DNA of 64,000 bases. Origin: Hemiscyllium ocellatum. Its lineage: Eukaryota. Location of the stretch: the NCBI RefSeq assembly GCF_020745735.1, contig NC_083407.1:68067857-68131856 (forward strand), given 5' to 3'. The notes under the pieces are model-generated. The model had not been told where the DNA came from. It made no database searches and saw only the letters and a program-made list of their open reading frames with translations. Positions 37,595 to 50,944 of this stretch are shown in pieces. Both the position numbers and the translations under genes were made by a program. How positions within the stretch are numbered: the first letter of the stretch is position 1; each line of letters begins with the position of its first letter.

Positions 37595-38194
37595 TTACAT
37601 TTGCAGATACATTCAGTCAGTCCATGGTCCCTCTTTTTTAAAAAAAAATGTTATTTTGGGACCGTGACTTGAAAGAAGTTTTGGGATTTACATGTTAATC
37701 ACTTGAAACCTGCCTCCCCATTCTAAGTGATTAAAGACTGAAAAGCAATCTAGGTTTGTTCAATATTTTGCATCAATTGTATGACACTTTGATCTTTTAC
37801 TATAAATTCTGTGTCCCATGATCATGCCCCATTAGCTACCTGACAAAGGAGCAGTACTCCGAAAGTTTGTACTTCCAAATAAACCTCTTGGACTGTAACT
37901 TGGTGTTGTGTAAATTTTAACACTGTATTTTAGGTTAAGGCTTCACATCTTCCAAAATCAATAGCTTCTGTAGGCAGCCATTGTGCAAATCAAATGGTCT
38001 ATTTCTTCTGTTTGGAAAGACCGCTGATGCATACAATATAGCAGCAGTTACGTCTCACCATATCAATTACTTTGTTCCAATTACTAGTTATTTTTTTCTC
38101 TCTTGACTTTGCCTTCTGTGTCTCTTAGCAGTTTTCCTGAAACATACTTTTTAATTTTGTTTCTTGAAGGCATAAGCTTATAGGTTAAGATTAT

Positions 38195-38480
38195 GTGACC
38201 AGATTCTAAATTCAGAGAGCTGAACTAATGATCTGGAAATATTCATTCAAATTTTGCAATAGTAGCTCAGATATTTAGGTTAAGATAATCAAACTGAGTA
38301 AAAGTGTCCCTGAAACAATGAAATTGTAAAGTCTCATTTGGGTTAGTAATGCCCTTGATGGGAGAAAATCTGTCCTCCATACCAGTCTAGCTTATTTGTA
38401 GTGATTGAACCCAAAGTGATGTACTTGACTTTTAACTGCCTTTTGAAGTGACACAACAAGTCACCTAGTTGCAAAAGAAC
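38195..38480 (+). mobile_element. Decayed Deu-domain SINE
   Basis: Similar to 43369-43590 and 4531-4600 (gttagtaatgccc...ggagaaaatctgtcc...ttgacttttaactgcc). Confidence 0.5.
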
Positions 38481-38541
38481 AATAATAAGAATAAAACTGA
38501 ATAGAACAGCAGGTATTGCTGCAGATTCTAACATAGCAAAA

Positions 38542-40275
38542 ACATAGGAACATAAGGCTTACCCAGCAGCAAAAAGCCACCTGGTTCTTTGTGTCTGCTC
38601 TGCCATTCAAAATAATCATGGTTGCTCTGGTTGTGTCCTGAACTCCACTGGCATGTCAGCACCAATAAATCTCAACTCCTGTGTTTATCAAAAGGCTATC
38701 TAACTTGAGCTTGAATGATTTCAATTAAAATATGAATTCAGCCTCCATTGCTTTGTGGCAAAGATAAAGCCAAAGCCTAATGACATTCCGAGTGAAAAAT
38801 TCTTCTGATCTCCATCTTAGAAGAGAGACTTCTTATCCTGAAACCGAATCCCCTAATTCTGAGCCCTTCAATAAGGGGAAGGATCCTCTCAGATCTATCC
38901 AGACAAATACCCTCAGGATCTTTTACATTTCAGTAAGATCACCATTCATTCATCTAAGCTCTAATGTGTAACCTTTCCTCATAAGATAATCCAAGAAAGA
39001 GTCAAGAGAATCTTTGCTGAGCTTCTTCTAATACAATTATATTCTTTCCAAATAGGAAAACCAAAATTGTACAGTGTTTCAGATATGGCCTCATTAAGGC
39101 CTTGTACAATTGCAGTAAAATTTCCCTAATCTTTTATTCCTTTCCACTTGCAATTAATCATAACATTCTTAGATTCTTAGACCTGGCCTTTGTATTCACT
39201 TGATGCAGTTGCAAGCTAACATTTTCTAAATCATGAACAAGCAGCTGGATCTGTCTTTATCTCCAAATTCTCATCATTTACAAAGCAAACTGCTTTTGTA
39301 TTCTTCCTGCCAAAGTGAACAAGTTCATATTTTCCAACATTTTACTCCACCTTCCAAATTTGTGCCCATTCATTTAACTTGACAATTGACTCCTTCTGCG
39401 TATTTACACCGTACTTTCTTACCCAACATCGACCAATTTAATGACCATACATCAGTCCCACATCCAAGTCACTGATATAAATTGCAATTAGTTGAGGTCA
39501 CCAGCCCTATGGCACTGCATAAGACATAATTTGCTGAAAAAGAGCTATTTATCCTTACTCTTGGCTCTTAACCAACCAGTCCCTCACCCATGTTATATGT
39601 CCTTCCTAACACCATGTCCTCTTATCTTATGTAGTAACCTTTGATGTAAGACCTCATCAAATGCATTTTGGAAATCCAAGTACAGCACACCTACAGATTT
39701 CCCTTTACCTATCTTTCATGTTACTTCTTCAAAAAATTCTAAAGCATTAGTGAAACACTAATTTTTTTCAACATCTGATTACATTATAATTTTGTTAAAA
39801 ACCTGCTTGTAACCTCCATCGTAATGAATTTGAGTAACACCCCTATGAGAGCTATTAGATTAAATGACACATAGCTTGTTTCTCATCACCAATTTCCCAG
39901 AACCACTCACCAGCAGACTAGCTCAAATTTAAGTTACTCATTTCCTATTTAAATACTTGTAGAATTTTTTACTAATAATTCATCTCAACCTCTCTATTTT
40001 CTTTTTTAGCTTATTTTTTGTCGATTCTTAGACCTGTCCGATCTTCAACGTACTGCAAATATTTGCAGAATAGTACAATGTTTCTTTCAATTTTATGCTA
40101 CCCTCAACTTCCTTATTAAACAACAGATGCATCCAACTCAAGAGTTGTTCTTTTGTACTGGAATAAGTCAATGCTGCTGAAAGCTATTAAATTTCTCCTT
40201 AAAAATCTGCCACTGCACTTCCACTATCCTTCATTTTAATGGAGTTTCCAGTTCACTTGAGCCAGCATTAACCTC
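38542..40275 (-). mobile_element. Old CR1 LINE ORF2 fragment
   Basis: CR1 3' tail at 38542; reverse complement of the YLDFQNAFD motif at about 39655-39685; many stops. Confidence 0.7.
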
Positions 40276-40374
40276 ATACTGTGACTTTTGTTTCCTCTTT
40301 CAGTTTTTTCCCAATCACAGGGGTCATTATAATGCCAGTTGATCACCTTGCTGTCTATCATTGATCTGTTCAGG

Positions 40375-42235
40375 AAAAGCTATAATACTGTCATTTACCT
40401 GACACTGTGGAAAAATGGCCTGGTCTATCCTGATGACAAAAAGCAGAAAAAATCCAATCTGACTAATGATTGCTCCATTAGGTCACACTCAAAGTGACGT
40501 GAAGAGAATTATCATCAACAATGCTATCAAATGGAACACATACTCAGCAATAACTTACTCACTGATATTCAGTTTGTGATCAGCCAGGTCTGTTTAGCTT
40601 TAGACCAAATAATCAATTACCGTTGAATTTCTCACACAATTTCTGCACTTGTATCAGATTTCTGGCATCTACGGTTCTTTGTTTATTTTATAAAATTATA
40701 GCTTTGGTCCAAACAAGGACAAAAATTGATGAATTCCCGAGATAATGTGAGAGTGACCACACAAAACATAAGGCAGCATTACGCCATAAATGGCATTAAG
40801 GAGTCCTTGTAAAACTGAAGTCAGTGGGAATCAAGGGGAAAATTCTCCATTGGCTAAAATCATATTTAGCTCAAAGGAAGATGCTTGTGTTCATTGGAGT
40901 TCCATTACATAAATCTGAGCATATCACTGTGGGAGATCCTCAGGTTCAAGTCCTAGGCACAACCATTTTCAGCTGCCATATCAGTAAACTTCCCTCCATC
41001 GTAACATCAGCAGTATTAATGTTCATAGATGATTACACAGAATTCAGCTCCATTTACAACTCCACAAAGAGTCTGAGTCTACATGAAATAAGACCGAAAC
41101 AATATTCATGCTCCAGTTCATAATTAGCAAGGAACAAACATCAAAGTTTGGGAGAAGATTTGTAGCTCGGGTGCTCGTTGTTGTGGTTCTGTTCGCCGAG
41201 CTGGGAGTTTTTGTTGCAAACGTTTCGTCCCCTTTCTACATCATCAGAAATATACACATAGACAAGGAAGAAACCATGGTCTCATTTGATGTCACAGTAT
41301 TGTTCACCTCTATTGACAAAACCCTAGTCAGAGAAACAATATCCAACCTGCTAGACATACAGAACAGACAACAGGACGTTGAACCTATTAACAAAGACGG
41401 CATACTTAAACTACTGGACCTGTGCCTCACAACACACTTCACATTCAACAACCTGATATACGAACAAATCAACAGAACACCCATGGGTTCACCGATCTCT
41501 GGGCTCATAGTAGAAGCAGTAATGCAAAGGTTAGAACAAACAATCTTACCGCAAACACAACCCAAACTCTGGATGTGGATGACACCTTTGTAATCATTAA
41601 AAACACAGAAATAGAGAACAGACGCCGATCATCAACGCACACTCACAGGAATCCGATTCACGAGAGAGGAAGAAAAGGACAACCAGCTCCCATTCCTAGA
41701 CGTGATGGTACAGAGAACACCGAACAGAGAATTCAGCATGAAGGTATACAGAAAAGCCACACACACAGACCAAGTCCTGAACTATGAAAGCAACCACCCC
41801 AACACACACAAACGAAGTTGCATCTGGACACTATTCAAAAGGGCCACAACACACTGCAGTACACCAGAACTGCAAAAAGAGGAAGAAGAACACCTACACA
41901 AGGTATTCACCAAAAAATGTTCACAGTATGTACTATTGACAAGATGCACTGCAATAAAACACTAAGGTACTTAAGCAGCACATCCAAAATCTGCAACCTC
42001 TACCAGCATGAATATTGATAGCATCAGGCATATCAGAATTGCACCCCATCAAGTTACACATTATCCTGATATGGAAATAGATCACTCCTTTTGGGCCAAA
42101 ATGGAAAGGCAGGAGTACTTTATCACATACTCAAGAAGACAGGTCAACACCACCTTCAAAAAGACAATCAAGGATGTGAGTTAAGGATTCTCGATATACA
42201 GTGACTTTGCTTTAATGTTCACACCCCTTGATTGA
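40375..42235 (+). mobile_element. Ancient CR1-like LINE RT (interrupted by a PLE at 41145-41915)
   Basis: ORF 40824..41123 GIKGKILHWLKSYL...PQVQVLGTTIF...MFIDD; 3' region resumes at about 41920. Confidence 0.7.
41145..41915 (+). mobile_element. PLE (family E) RT fragment preceded by a probable inverted pLTR piece
   Basis: MVSFDVTVLFTSID...PMGSPISG...VDDTF...VYRKATHTDQVLNYESNHP; 41145-41233 is non-RT and carries GAAACGTT on minus. Confidence 0.85.
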
Positions 42236-43368
42236 ACTAATATATAGGTATAGATATATATTTTCTGCAGCAATCTTCTAGTGATTTAACAATTTTATCC
42301 AGTTCATCACTCGATATATCAGCTTTGTTTCAGTGAATATTTCAATTATTCTACAGAATAAAACTTTGTTACTCAGCACCAGTAGTATTGGTAATTTTTC
42401 ACAATAGTTTATTTTGTACGTATTTTTTGTAATTTGGTATCATGCTGTACAGATGCAATGATGCAAAATAAATTAGATAATGCTTGAAGGAAATTAGTTA
42501 AAGGATTGCAAAAGAAACTCCCATTTTCTGTGAATCCCAAATTTAACAGAGTAAGGGATACATAAAACTGGAATCAAAATGTGAAAAACGACAAACATTT
42601 GCAACTTAATGAAGAAGTATCATAATTGCGATCAATCTGCAAGGTAAAGGAGAAGGGTAATCAATCAGGATTCAATCTCCAAATACTGTCTAGAACTATC
42701 CTCTCCCTTTATAAATCTGTATATGCAACAATCTAGCATCGGAACAAGCTATCTGTGATGCCCCTGTAGTTGACAGCTTTAAATAAATAGTTGTGAGGCC
42801 ACCACAAATAATTATTGTTTCATTGAAGAGCTGAGGCTTGTTCATAGCCCAGCAATGGGGGCAGAATTAATAGCCTCAGAAAATAGACACAAGGATCATG
42901 TCAATTTTATGCTGCCTGTGAACTTACATAATTGCAGAAGGAACCAAACATTAAATGCACTGTTGCATAGTTGCATGCATGAGCTGAAGGCCTACATTTA
43001 TGCAAGGCTAGCAGCACTTAAAACTAGCCTTTATTAATTATTGCCAGCCAGCAACCTTTAAAGGAAAAATGCATTGGGTTATCCACAAAGGGCAAGGAGG
43101 CCTTCATACAGATCATGAGGTCAGGTCAGTGAGAAGCCAATTCCAGGAGACTGGTGTTAAGGACCTGGATGCATTGCCTTAAAAAATTCAGAGATCCTAT
43201 GCAAATAGTCAAGGTAATGTAAACATCTTCAGATATCATAATCAACCAAGGGCAGTATTAGCTCTTGCTTTCCCACATGAAAGTGGTGCCTATTGAGTTA
43301 TGCCTCACAATCAGTATGTCTGTATGCCAATATGCTAAGAGGTATGCTCATGATATTACGGGGAAATT

Positions 43369-43590
43369 GTGGTATAGGATAATGTCACTGGACTACTAAT
43401 CCAGAACTTTGGGCTAATGTTATGGGGATGCATGCTCAAATTCCAGCATAGCATATGGTGAAATTTAAAATCAATAAAAATCTGGAATTAGAAGCCAGCC
43501 TGCTGTTGATTGTTATAAAAACCTATTTGGTTTACTAATGTCATTTATGGAAGGAAATCTCCCATCTTCACCTGGTTTGACCGACATGTA
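43369..43590 (+). mobile_element. Deu-domain SINE 5' part (tail resumes at about 45969-46025)
   Basis: tRNA-like head gtggtataggataatgtcactggactactaatccag; Deu core; split by a CR1. Confidence 0.65.
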
Positions 43591-43594
43591 ACCG

Positions 43595-45968
43595 ACTATT
43601 GTAATATAGTTAACCTGCAATTAGTTTAAAGTATAAAAACTTTAAAGTAGAAAAACTTACCTCGTGTGTTCAGCAGTCTTCATTTCTTCGGTTGTAGTTG
43701 CAGTGGAAGGAGTGACGGCAAGGAGCAGAGGCCTGAAGGGAAGGTAAATTTAAAGCATAAAAATGTACCTGGTGTATAGGCGGAGTGCACGCTGAGCAGG
43801 AGCAGCATGGGACTGCTGGGTAAGTAAAGTTATACACTTGACTGGTTGCTTTATCTGAAACACAAATCAGGTAGTGTCTCCCGCCAATCCACCTCCGTTA
43901 ACCAAAGAAATGGTTCTGTGCGCCGAATTGGTAAGGTGACTAGTTTTAATCTTTTTTTTTAGTTATCAGTAGTCTCATTGGGAATTTAGAGTAGTGGGAA
44001 TGGAGGTTAGGGCAGTTGAATGTTCCTCCTGCAGAATGTGGGAGGTAAGGGTTACCAGTAGTGTCCCAGCCTAGGGGTTTTATCCATTTTCAGATCCTCC
44101 AAAATTGCTAAAACCTCCTCTTTGTCAACTTCAATCAGGAGGGGACATGAGAAGTCATTGGTGGATAGGATCAAGAAAAACCCTAAGTCTTTCTAAAGGT
44201 ATATTAGGAATGAAAGAATGACTAGAGTAGGATTAGGGCCAATTAAGGATAGTAGTGGGAAGTTGTGCGTGGAGTTAGAGGAGATGGGGAAACATTAAAC
44301 AAATATTTTTCGTCAGTATTCACCCTGCAAGAAGATAATGTTATCAAGGAGAATACTGAGATACAGGCTATGAGAATAGATGGGATTGAAATTCACAAGG
44401 AGGAAGTGTTAGCAATTCTGATAAGTATGAAAATAGATAAGTACCCTGGGCTGGATATGATTTATCCTCGGATTCTCTGGGAAACCAGGGAGGAGATTGC
44501 AGAGCCGATGGCTTTGATCTTTATGTCATCATTGTCTACATGAATAGTGCCAGAAGACTGGAGGGTAGCAAATGTTGTTCCCTTGTTTAAGAAGGGGAGT
44601 AGAGACAACCTAGTTTTTACAGGCCAGTGAGCCTTACTTCAGTTGTGGGTAAGGTGTTGGAAAATGTTCTAAGAGATAGGATTTATAATCATCTGGAAAG
44701 GAATAATTTGATTAGGGATAGTCAACCCGGTTTTGTGAAGGGTCGGTCATGCCTCACAAACTTTATTGAGTTCTTCGAGAAGGTGGCAAAACAGATGGAT
44801 GAATGCAAAGTGGTTGATGTGGTGTATATGGACCTCAGTTATGCATTTGATAAGGTTCTACATGGTAGGCTATTGCACAAAATATGGAGTTTCGGGATTG
44901 AAGGTGATTTAGCGGTTTGAATCAAACATTGGCTAGCTGAAAGAAAACAGAGGGTGGTGGTTGATGCGAAATGTTCATCCTGGAGCTCAGTTACCAATGT
45001 GTTTCACAATGATTTGTTTTGGGGCCACTGCTGTTTGTCATTTTTATAAATGATCTGCATTTGGGCATAGAAGGATGGGTTAGTAAATTTGTGGATGGCA
45101 CTGAGAATTGTGGATAATGTCGAAGGATGTTGTGGGTTACAGAGGGACATAGATAAGATGCAAAGCTGGGCTGAGAAGCGTCAAATGGAGTTTAATGTGG
45201 AAAAATGTGATGTGATAAATTTTGGAAGGAGCAACAGGAATAAAGAGCACTGGGCTCATTATAAGATTCTTGATAGTGTAGATGAACAGAGAGATCTTGG
45301 TATCCATATACATAGATTCCTGAAAGTTGCCATCCAGGTTGATAGGGTTGTTAAGAAGACATACGATGAGTTAGCTGTTATTGGTAGAGAGATTGAATTT
45401 CAGAACCATGAGGTCATGCTGCAGCTGGACAAAATTCTGGTGCGGCCGCAGTTGGAGTATTGGTTCTGGTCACCGCATTATAGGAAGGATGTGAAAGCTT
45501 TGGAAAGGGTTCAGAGGAGATTTACTCAGATGTTGCCTGGTATGGAAGGAAGGTCTTATGAGGAAAGGCTGAGGGGCACGAGGCTGTTTTCGTTAGAGAG
45601 AAGAAAGTTGAAAAGTGACTTAATTGAGATATGTAAGATAATCAGAGGGTTAGATCTGGTGGACAGTGAGAGCCTTTTTCCTTGGATGGTGATGGCTAGC
45701 ACGAGGAGACATAGCTGTAAGTTGAGGGGTGATAGATATAGGACAGATGCCAGAGGTAGTTTCTTTACTCAGAGTAGTAGGGGCATGGAACGCACTGCCT
45801 TCAATAGTAGTAGATTCACCAACTTTAAGGGCATTTTAATGGTTATTGGTTAGACATATGGATGAAAACGAATAGTGTAGGTTAGATGGGTTTCAGATTG
45901 GTTCAACAGGTCAGCGCAACAGTGAGGGTCGAAGGGCCTATACTGCGCTGTTATGTTTTATGTTCTAT
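43595..45968 (+). mobile_element. CR1 LINE with 5' UTR and ORF1 start, internal deletion, ORF2/RT and tail
   Basis: MEVRAVECSSCRMWEV at about 44000; ORFs 44265..44543, 44627..44920, 45089..45853; (tatgtt)n-like tail. Confidence 0.9.
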
Positions 45969-46220
45969 GGGCAAATACAGAGGGTAAATAAATGTTGGCC
46001 GAGCCATTGGTACCTAAATCCCAAATCACTGTATCAAAGTGAGGGAACAAAGATCTCCTACTACATTTACCTCAGGTCACTTGAAGCATCACACTTTACT
46101 GAAAACATGTTCCTCTGTTGCAACCTAATAACTTAATATATTAGCTCAGAAACTTATGGGCATGAGGAAATTAATATTTGTAAGTAACATTGTAAGAAAT
46201 GTCTGTTGGATTGTTCAATG

Positions 46221-46422
46221 CAGACGGTCCCCGGATTGCAAACAAGTTCCATTCTGGAATTCACTTGCAAGTCAAATTGTAGGCAGGTCAGAAGACAAAG
46301 CAGGACAGTAGGAAGCAGCTGTTTGTAAGTGTGGAAAATGTTTGTACTTCAGGTCTTTAAAATGATAACTATGTATGGGATCGCATTCTTAAGTCAGACA
46401 TTGATAAATTAGGAACCGCATA
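46221..46422. mobile_element. Tigger/pogo-like MITE
   Basis: Imperfect terminal inverted repeats cagacggtccccgg...ttaggaaccgcata with internal gtaagt repeats typical of Tigger derivatives. Confidence 0.5.
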
Positions 46423-46741
46423 CTTATGCCTGGCTTCTGATATTAAAGGAGATAATATTACCATTGTCACAGGTAAAACACCTCATTAGAGGCAAACCTG
46501 TCATTGTGGCAGGAATGGCCAACTTTTAAAGACATCAATATCTTAACCACACATATTTGGAAACTATTTGACCAACTGGATAATAGCTTTAGAAAAAGAG
46601 AATGTGGACAAAGTGAACATACTTCAGCTTTAAGCAGTATCAGTTTCTGTTAGTACAGACAACAGTACAGTTCTGTAGATAGGACACTGACCATCACGAA
46701 AACAGAGCTAATTTTTTTAATTAGAATGTGTGTTTTTTCAA

Positions 46742-47147
46742 GAACTGAAGGGTTTGAGTTTTAAGGAGAGGCTGGATAGGCTGGAACTTTTTACCCTGGA
46801 GCATCAGAACCTTATAGAAGTTTATAAATCATGAGGCATAGATAAGGCGACTAGTCAAAAGTCTTCTTCCCAGGATAGGGGAGTTTAGAACTAGATTTAA
46901 GGAGACCTGAGGAGAATTTTTTTCATACAGAGGGTGGTGTTTATATGGAATGTGCTGCCAGAAGAAGTAGTAGAGGCGGGTACAATTGAAAATTTAGATG
47001 ACATTTGGATGGTGCATGAATAGGAAAGCCTTACAAGGGTATGGGCCAAATGCAGGCAAATGGGACTAATTCAGTTTAGAATACCTGGTCAGCATGGATA
47101 AGTTGGACTGAACAGTCTGCTTCCTCTGTATCACTCTATGACTCTAT
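46742..47147 (+). mobile_element. CR1 3' fragment
   Basis: ERLDRLELF...FFIQRVV..WN; tail ctctatgactctat. Confidence 0.85.
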
Positions 47148-47848
47148 AAATTAAATATTGAAATTTGCCCTAATTACCGAGGTCACAAGGCCAGTTCAGT
47201 TCAGTACAGCAAGTTGCAAGACTTTAATACTCTGTTCCTGACAGCTGATACATAACTAACTGTCTGTCATAACAATTGCTGCAACTCTTTACTATTAAAA
47301 AGCAGGCTTACTTAATACTGACTCAAAGTCAGCGACACAGCATTCAAGGTGGTGTAGTTTAAAATTTTAAGATGGAATCATCCACACAAATGAAAGATTT
47401 TGTAAATGATCTTCAGGGTAAGGGAAAGAATCATTCCATTGACACGTTACTTGAGTATGGATGCAGCTGTGAAGCCATAGTGGCAGGCCAACATGAATTA
47501 TATATTTTAGATGCAGCTAACACTTTTGGTCAGAAAAGGGAACCAAATGAATGTGATCTATAACAGATGCAGTTTGTATACCTCCACAAAAGTTATCCAG
47601 CTTTTCTTGATATTGATAAAGCTTTTGACTTCAAGGGCATTGGGCACATGTGCAGAAACCACAACACTGGCAGCAAAGAAGGTTCAGTGTCAATTAAGAA
47701 AAAGACAAGTTTCCGAAGATGACCAAGCTATCCATAATGTTATCCTTCATCACAGTGATGGTATAAGGTGATCAGAAGTTTTTACAAACATCAATATTGT
47801 ATGCCCTGAAAATAAGGGCAACACAGACTGAAAGATAAAATTTCACGA

Positions 47849-48404
47849 TGTCTTAGATCACAGAGTATATCCAAGCGTTTTTTGGATTTGGTTAAATATA
47901 GTTATGAGAAGACTCAACAACTGCTATTTGCTTAAATGTGAGTGTTTATTAAAAAACAATAATAATAAGAGTCATAAATGGAAAAGAAAGGAGAAAAACC
48001 AACAAGTCTCACATCCTCCTGCCTGCCGGGGACCCCACAATCCACAGTTGGGCTGGATGCTTAGATTTGCTCCCAGCACTGTTCTCCATCCTGGTCTAAG
48101 GTGAAGTTCAATGACTTGGAATGACACACTCTCTCTCTTATTCAGTGTAACAAACAGCGAGGTACAGAAAACAGCTACAGAAGACAAAACTGCTGGCTAC
48201 TTCAGATAACACAGCTACAGAAACACAAGCTGCAGCTGTCGTCTTCAGCTTGTAAAGGAATGTTCACAGAACTCATTTAAGGTCATGCAGCTTGTCGAGT
48301 ATCATCAACAATTTTAACCCTTCAGACTATCCTATACAATCTATTTTCTCATGCAGCTGTCAAATATCCTCTTTAACATTTAGCCCTTCGGCTCATCCTA
48401 TTCA
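47849..48404 (-). mobile_element. Solo LTR inserted in the Gypsy protease region
   Basis: TG...CA termini; flanks cacga/cacgg (5-bp TSD, one mismatch); AATAAA on minus near 47945; removing it rejoins KIKF-HGARTNI (decayed DTGA motif). Confidence 0.55.
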
Positions 48405-49629
48405 CACGGAGCAAGAACCAACATATCACAACTATCCATCCTGAAAGACATGTACCTTAAACAGCAATACTCAACAGTCCAGCTTCTGATAGGCTGCCCT
48501 TGGAGCATGTAACAGATCACCAGTTCGATGATTTGGCAGTATCATGTTGCAGTACAAATATGCAAGCACATCTTGGCTTCCCGAAATCTTTCACTTGGTA
48601 GATACCAATTGTGCAGCAGTGGCAGAATTACCAATATGTACAGATATCAGTACAGTCATAATATATGAAATTCAAACCATTTCACTGTGGTGGAATAGAT
48701 GACCCATGATGCAGTTGAATTAGTCAACAAACTTTGACACTTGTAACCAGAATGATTTGGCGTGGTCTGCAGCTTTAAGGGTGATGCAGTATTGCATAGT
48801 AAGGAAGAAACAATGGTTTCTTAATCCTCCTGCACAGCATGCACATTCAGGAGAAGCTTTGAACTGGACTTAAACAAAATTGAGTGAAATGGCATAACTT
48901 GGAGAGGTGACCACCAAACAGATTGGGGCATCTCCATCATGTTGTGTTTTAAAGAAAGATGGCACCGTAAGAGTGTGTTGAGATCCAAGGCACCTCAATG
49001 TTTCATTTGAAAAGTATAACATATCCACACAAATACCAATGCCAGAAGAATTAACTCTTAAATTTGTAAGGCAAGATTATTTCCAAGCTAGCTGTGAAGC
49101 CTGGGTACTATTCTGATTATTTAGCAAAAGAAAAGCTATTGCCTCTATTTCTAAAACACAGTTCTCTGCTAAGCCAACTTTTCCAATGTAGAGTGTGAAA
49201 CAGTAGCTCTGGTAGCTGGCATAAGGCAGTTTCATACCTATATATTTGACAAGAAATTCATTATTGAATCAGATCATAAGCCTCAAGAAATTATATGCTG
49301 CAAACCCCTAATGAATGCATTGGCCCATTTGCAGTACCTATGTATCATGTACAAGGATATGATTTTAAAGTGTGACACAAGCCAGAGACCAGAATGATTA
49401 CATGGGACATGCTGAGCAGATTAACTCACACAAGGACAGTAATACGTATCTTGGTCTACATGTTAATGCTCTGGAGAACAAAGCTGAAGACATTCTCAAG
49501 GTGGATGAACAAGAGTTACAGGATTAGTAAAAGATAATTATTCAAGGAATTGCCTAATAGTAATAAAGAAGTACCAAAAATGCCAAAATAATGGCAAAAT
49601 CATTATACTGAGATAGCATGTCCATGTTA

Positions 49630-49853
49630 GGTAAAAATAATGACTGCAGATGCTGGAAATCAGATTCTAGATGAGAGTTGTGCTGGAAAAGCACAGCAGT
49701 TCAGGCAGCATCTGAGGAGCAGGGAAATCGATTTTTCAGGCAAAAGCCCTTCACCAGGATAGCCCTGATAAAGGGCTTTTGCCCGAAACATCGATTTCCT
49801 TACTCCTCGGATGCTGCCTGAACTGCTGAGCTTTTCTAGCAACACTCTAATCC
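49630..49853. mobile_element. Fold-back mini-PLE, same pLTR family as 20320-20449
   Basis: 15-bp TSD agcatgtccatgtta/agcatgtctatgtta (49615-49629, 49854-49868); two degenerate hammerheads back-to-back at the centre. Confidence 0.88.
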
Positions 49854-50750
49854 AGCATGTCTATGTTACACAGGGACAAATATCTATTGAATACACATAA
49901 TGTCTAGCACGTGAATCTGCATATTAGCGGAGGTTGAATCAGGATATTCAACAACTTGTGAATACATGTGAGGCATGCAAGCATATCTACCTCAGCAGAA
50001 GCAATCTCTGGACCCACATGATGCTCCATCCACTTCTTGGATAAAAGTAGCAATAGATCTGTTCACCGTGAATTGAGAAGATTCCATCCTTGTGATGGAT
50101 CACTTCTCTAAATTTCCCACTGTTTGATTACAGCAGCATAACAAACATGACCATCATTGAAACAATAAGCACTATTTTCAACTTATTTAGTTCCCAGGTC
50201 GGATAATGACTGACAGTATACTACAGTGCACTGGCAGATTGTTTAAAAACATGTATAAAGTGGGGAGTGGCCCATATCATTGTATCACTATCTACAGTCA
50301 AACAGCGCACCAGGACCTATGGTACGGACTATCAAATCAATGATGATTAAGCATTAAGCAACAAAGCAAACCTTTCACATTTCACTGCTGTATTTTCATG
50401 TAACATAAGAAGGGCTAACCTTTTCCAATACAATCTGTGGTCAGAAGGCAAGTGTGAACAGCCATACCAGTAAACAATTGTCTACATTTTCAAAGAGAGA
50501 GTGGAAGCCTAGAGATACACAGTGAGTGCACAGACTGAGAACTGTCAAAATGCTGGGTAAAGATTGTGAATTATAAATGCAAATACAAATGCTTGGATTC
50601 CAGCAAATGTTTCTACAGTAAGCAAACCAGCTCAGATTGTGCACAGTGATGACTGGTCATGGTGCTACATTGCAAAGAAACCCAGCTCAGGTAAAGGTAC
50701 AGCAGAGTAAACCTGCATAAACAGAGTGAAGAAGAACACTCTAATGATGA

Positions 50751-50856
50751 AAATACCAAAAAATTGTGGATGCTGGAAATCCAAAATAAAAACAGAAATG
50801 ACTGTAAAAGCTCAGCAGGTACATCATCTGTGAAGAGAAAGCAGAGTTATTATTAC
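50751..50856 (-). mobile_element. Single-arm mini-PLE (family C)
   Basis: Homologous to 30311-30569; 14-bp TSD cactctaatgatga/cactctgatgatga (50737-50750, 50857-50870). Confidence 0.7.
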
Positions 50857-50944
50857 CACTCTGATGATGATTCTGCAGCAAGGTTGAGTGACAGCAACAT
50901 GCAAGAAACCAATCAGCAAAGAATTATTCAGCAGGTACTTGCAA

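Larger units (their letters stand above)
34870..37920. mobile_element. Large fold-back PLE (family A): antisense RT-end/GIY-YIG/pLTR arm plus sense arm
   Basis: Mirror ORFs 35976..36332(-) and 36933..37295(+; ANIVYLTGCKQGCLEAWYIGKT); RYIDNIFFLW on minus near 36680; TSD cactgtattcta/cactgtatttta (34858-34869, 37921-37932); hammerhead cores near 34960-34990(-) and 37840-37870(+). Confidence 0.9.
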
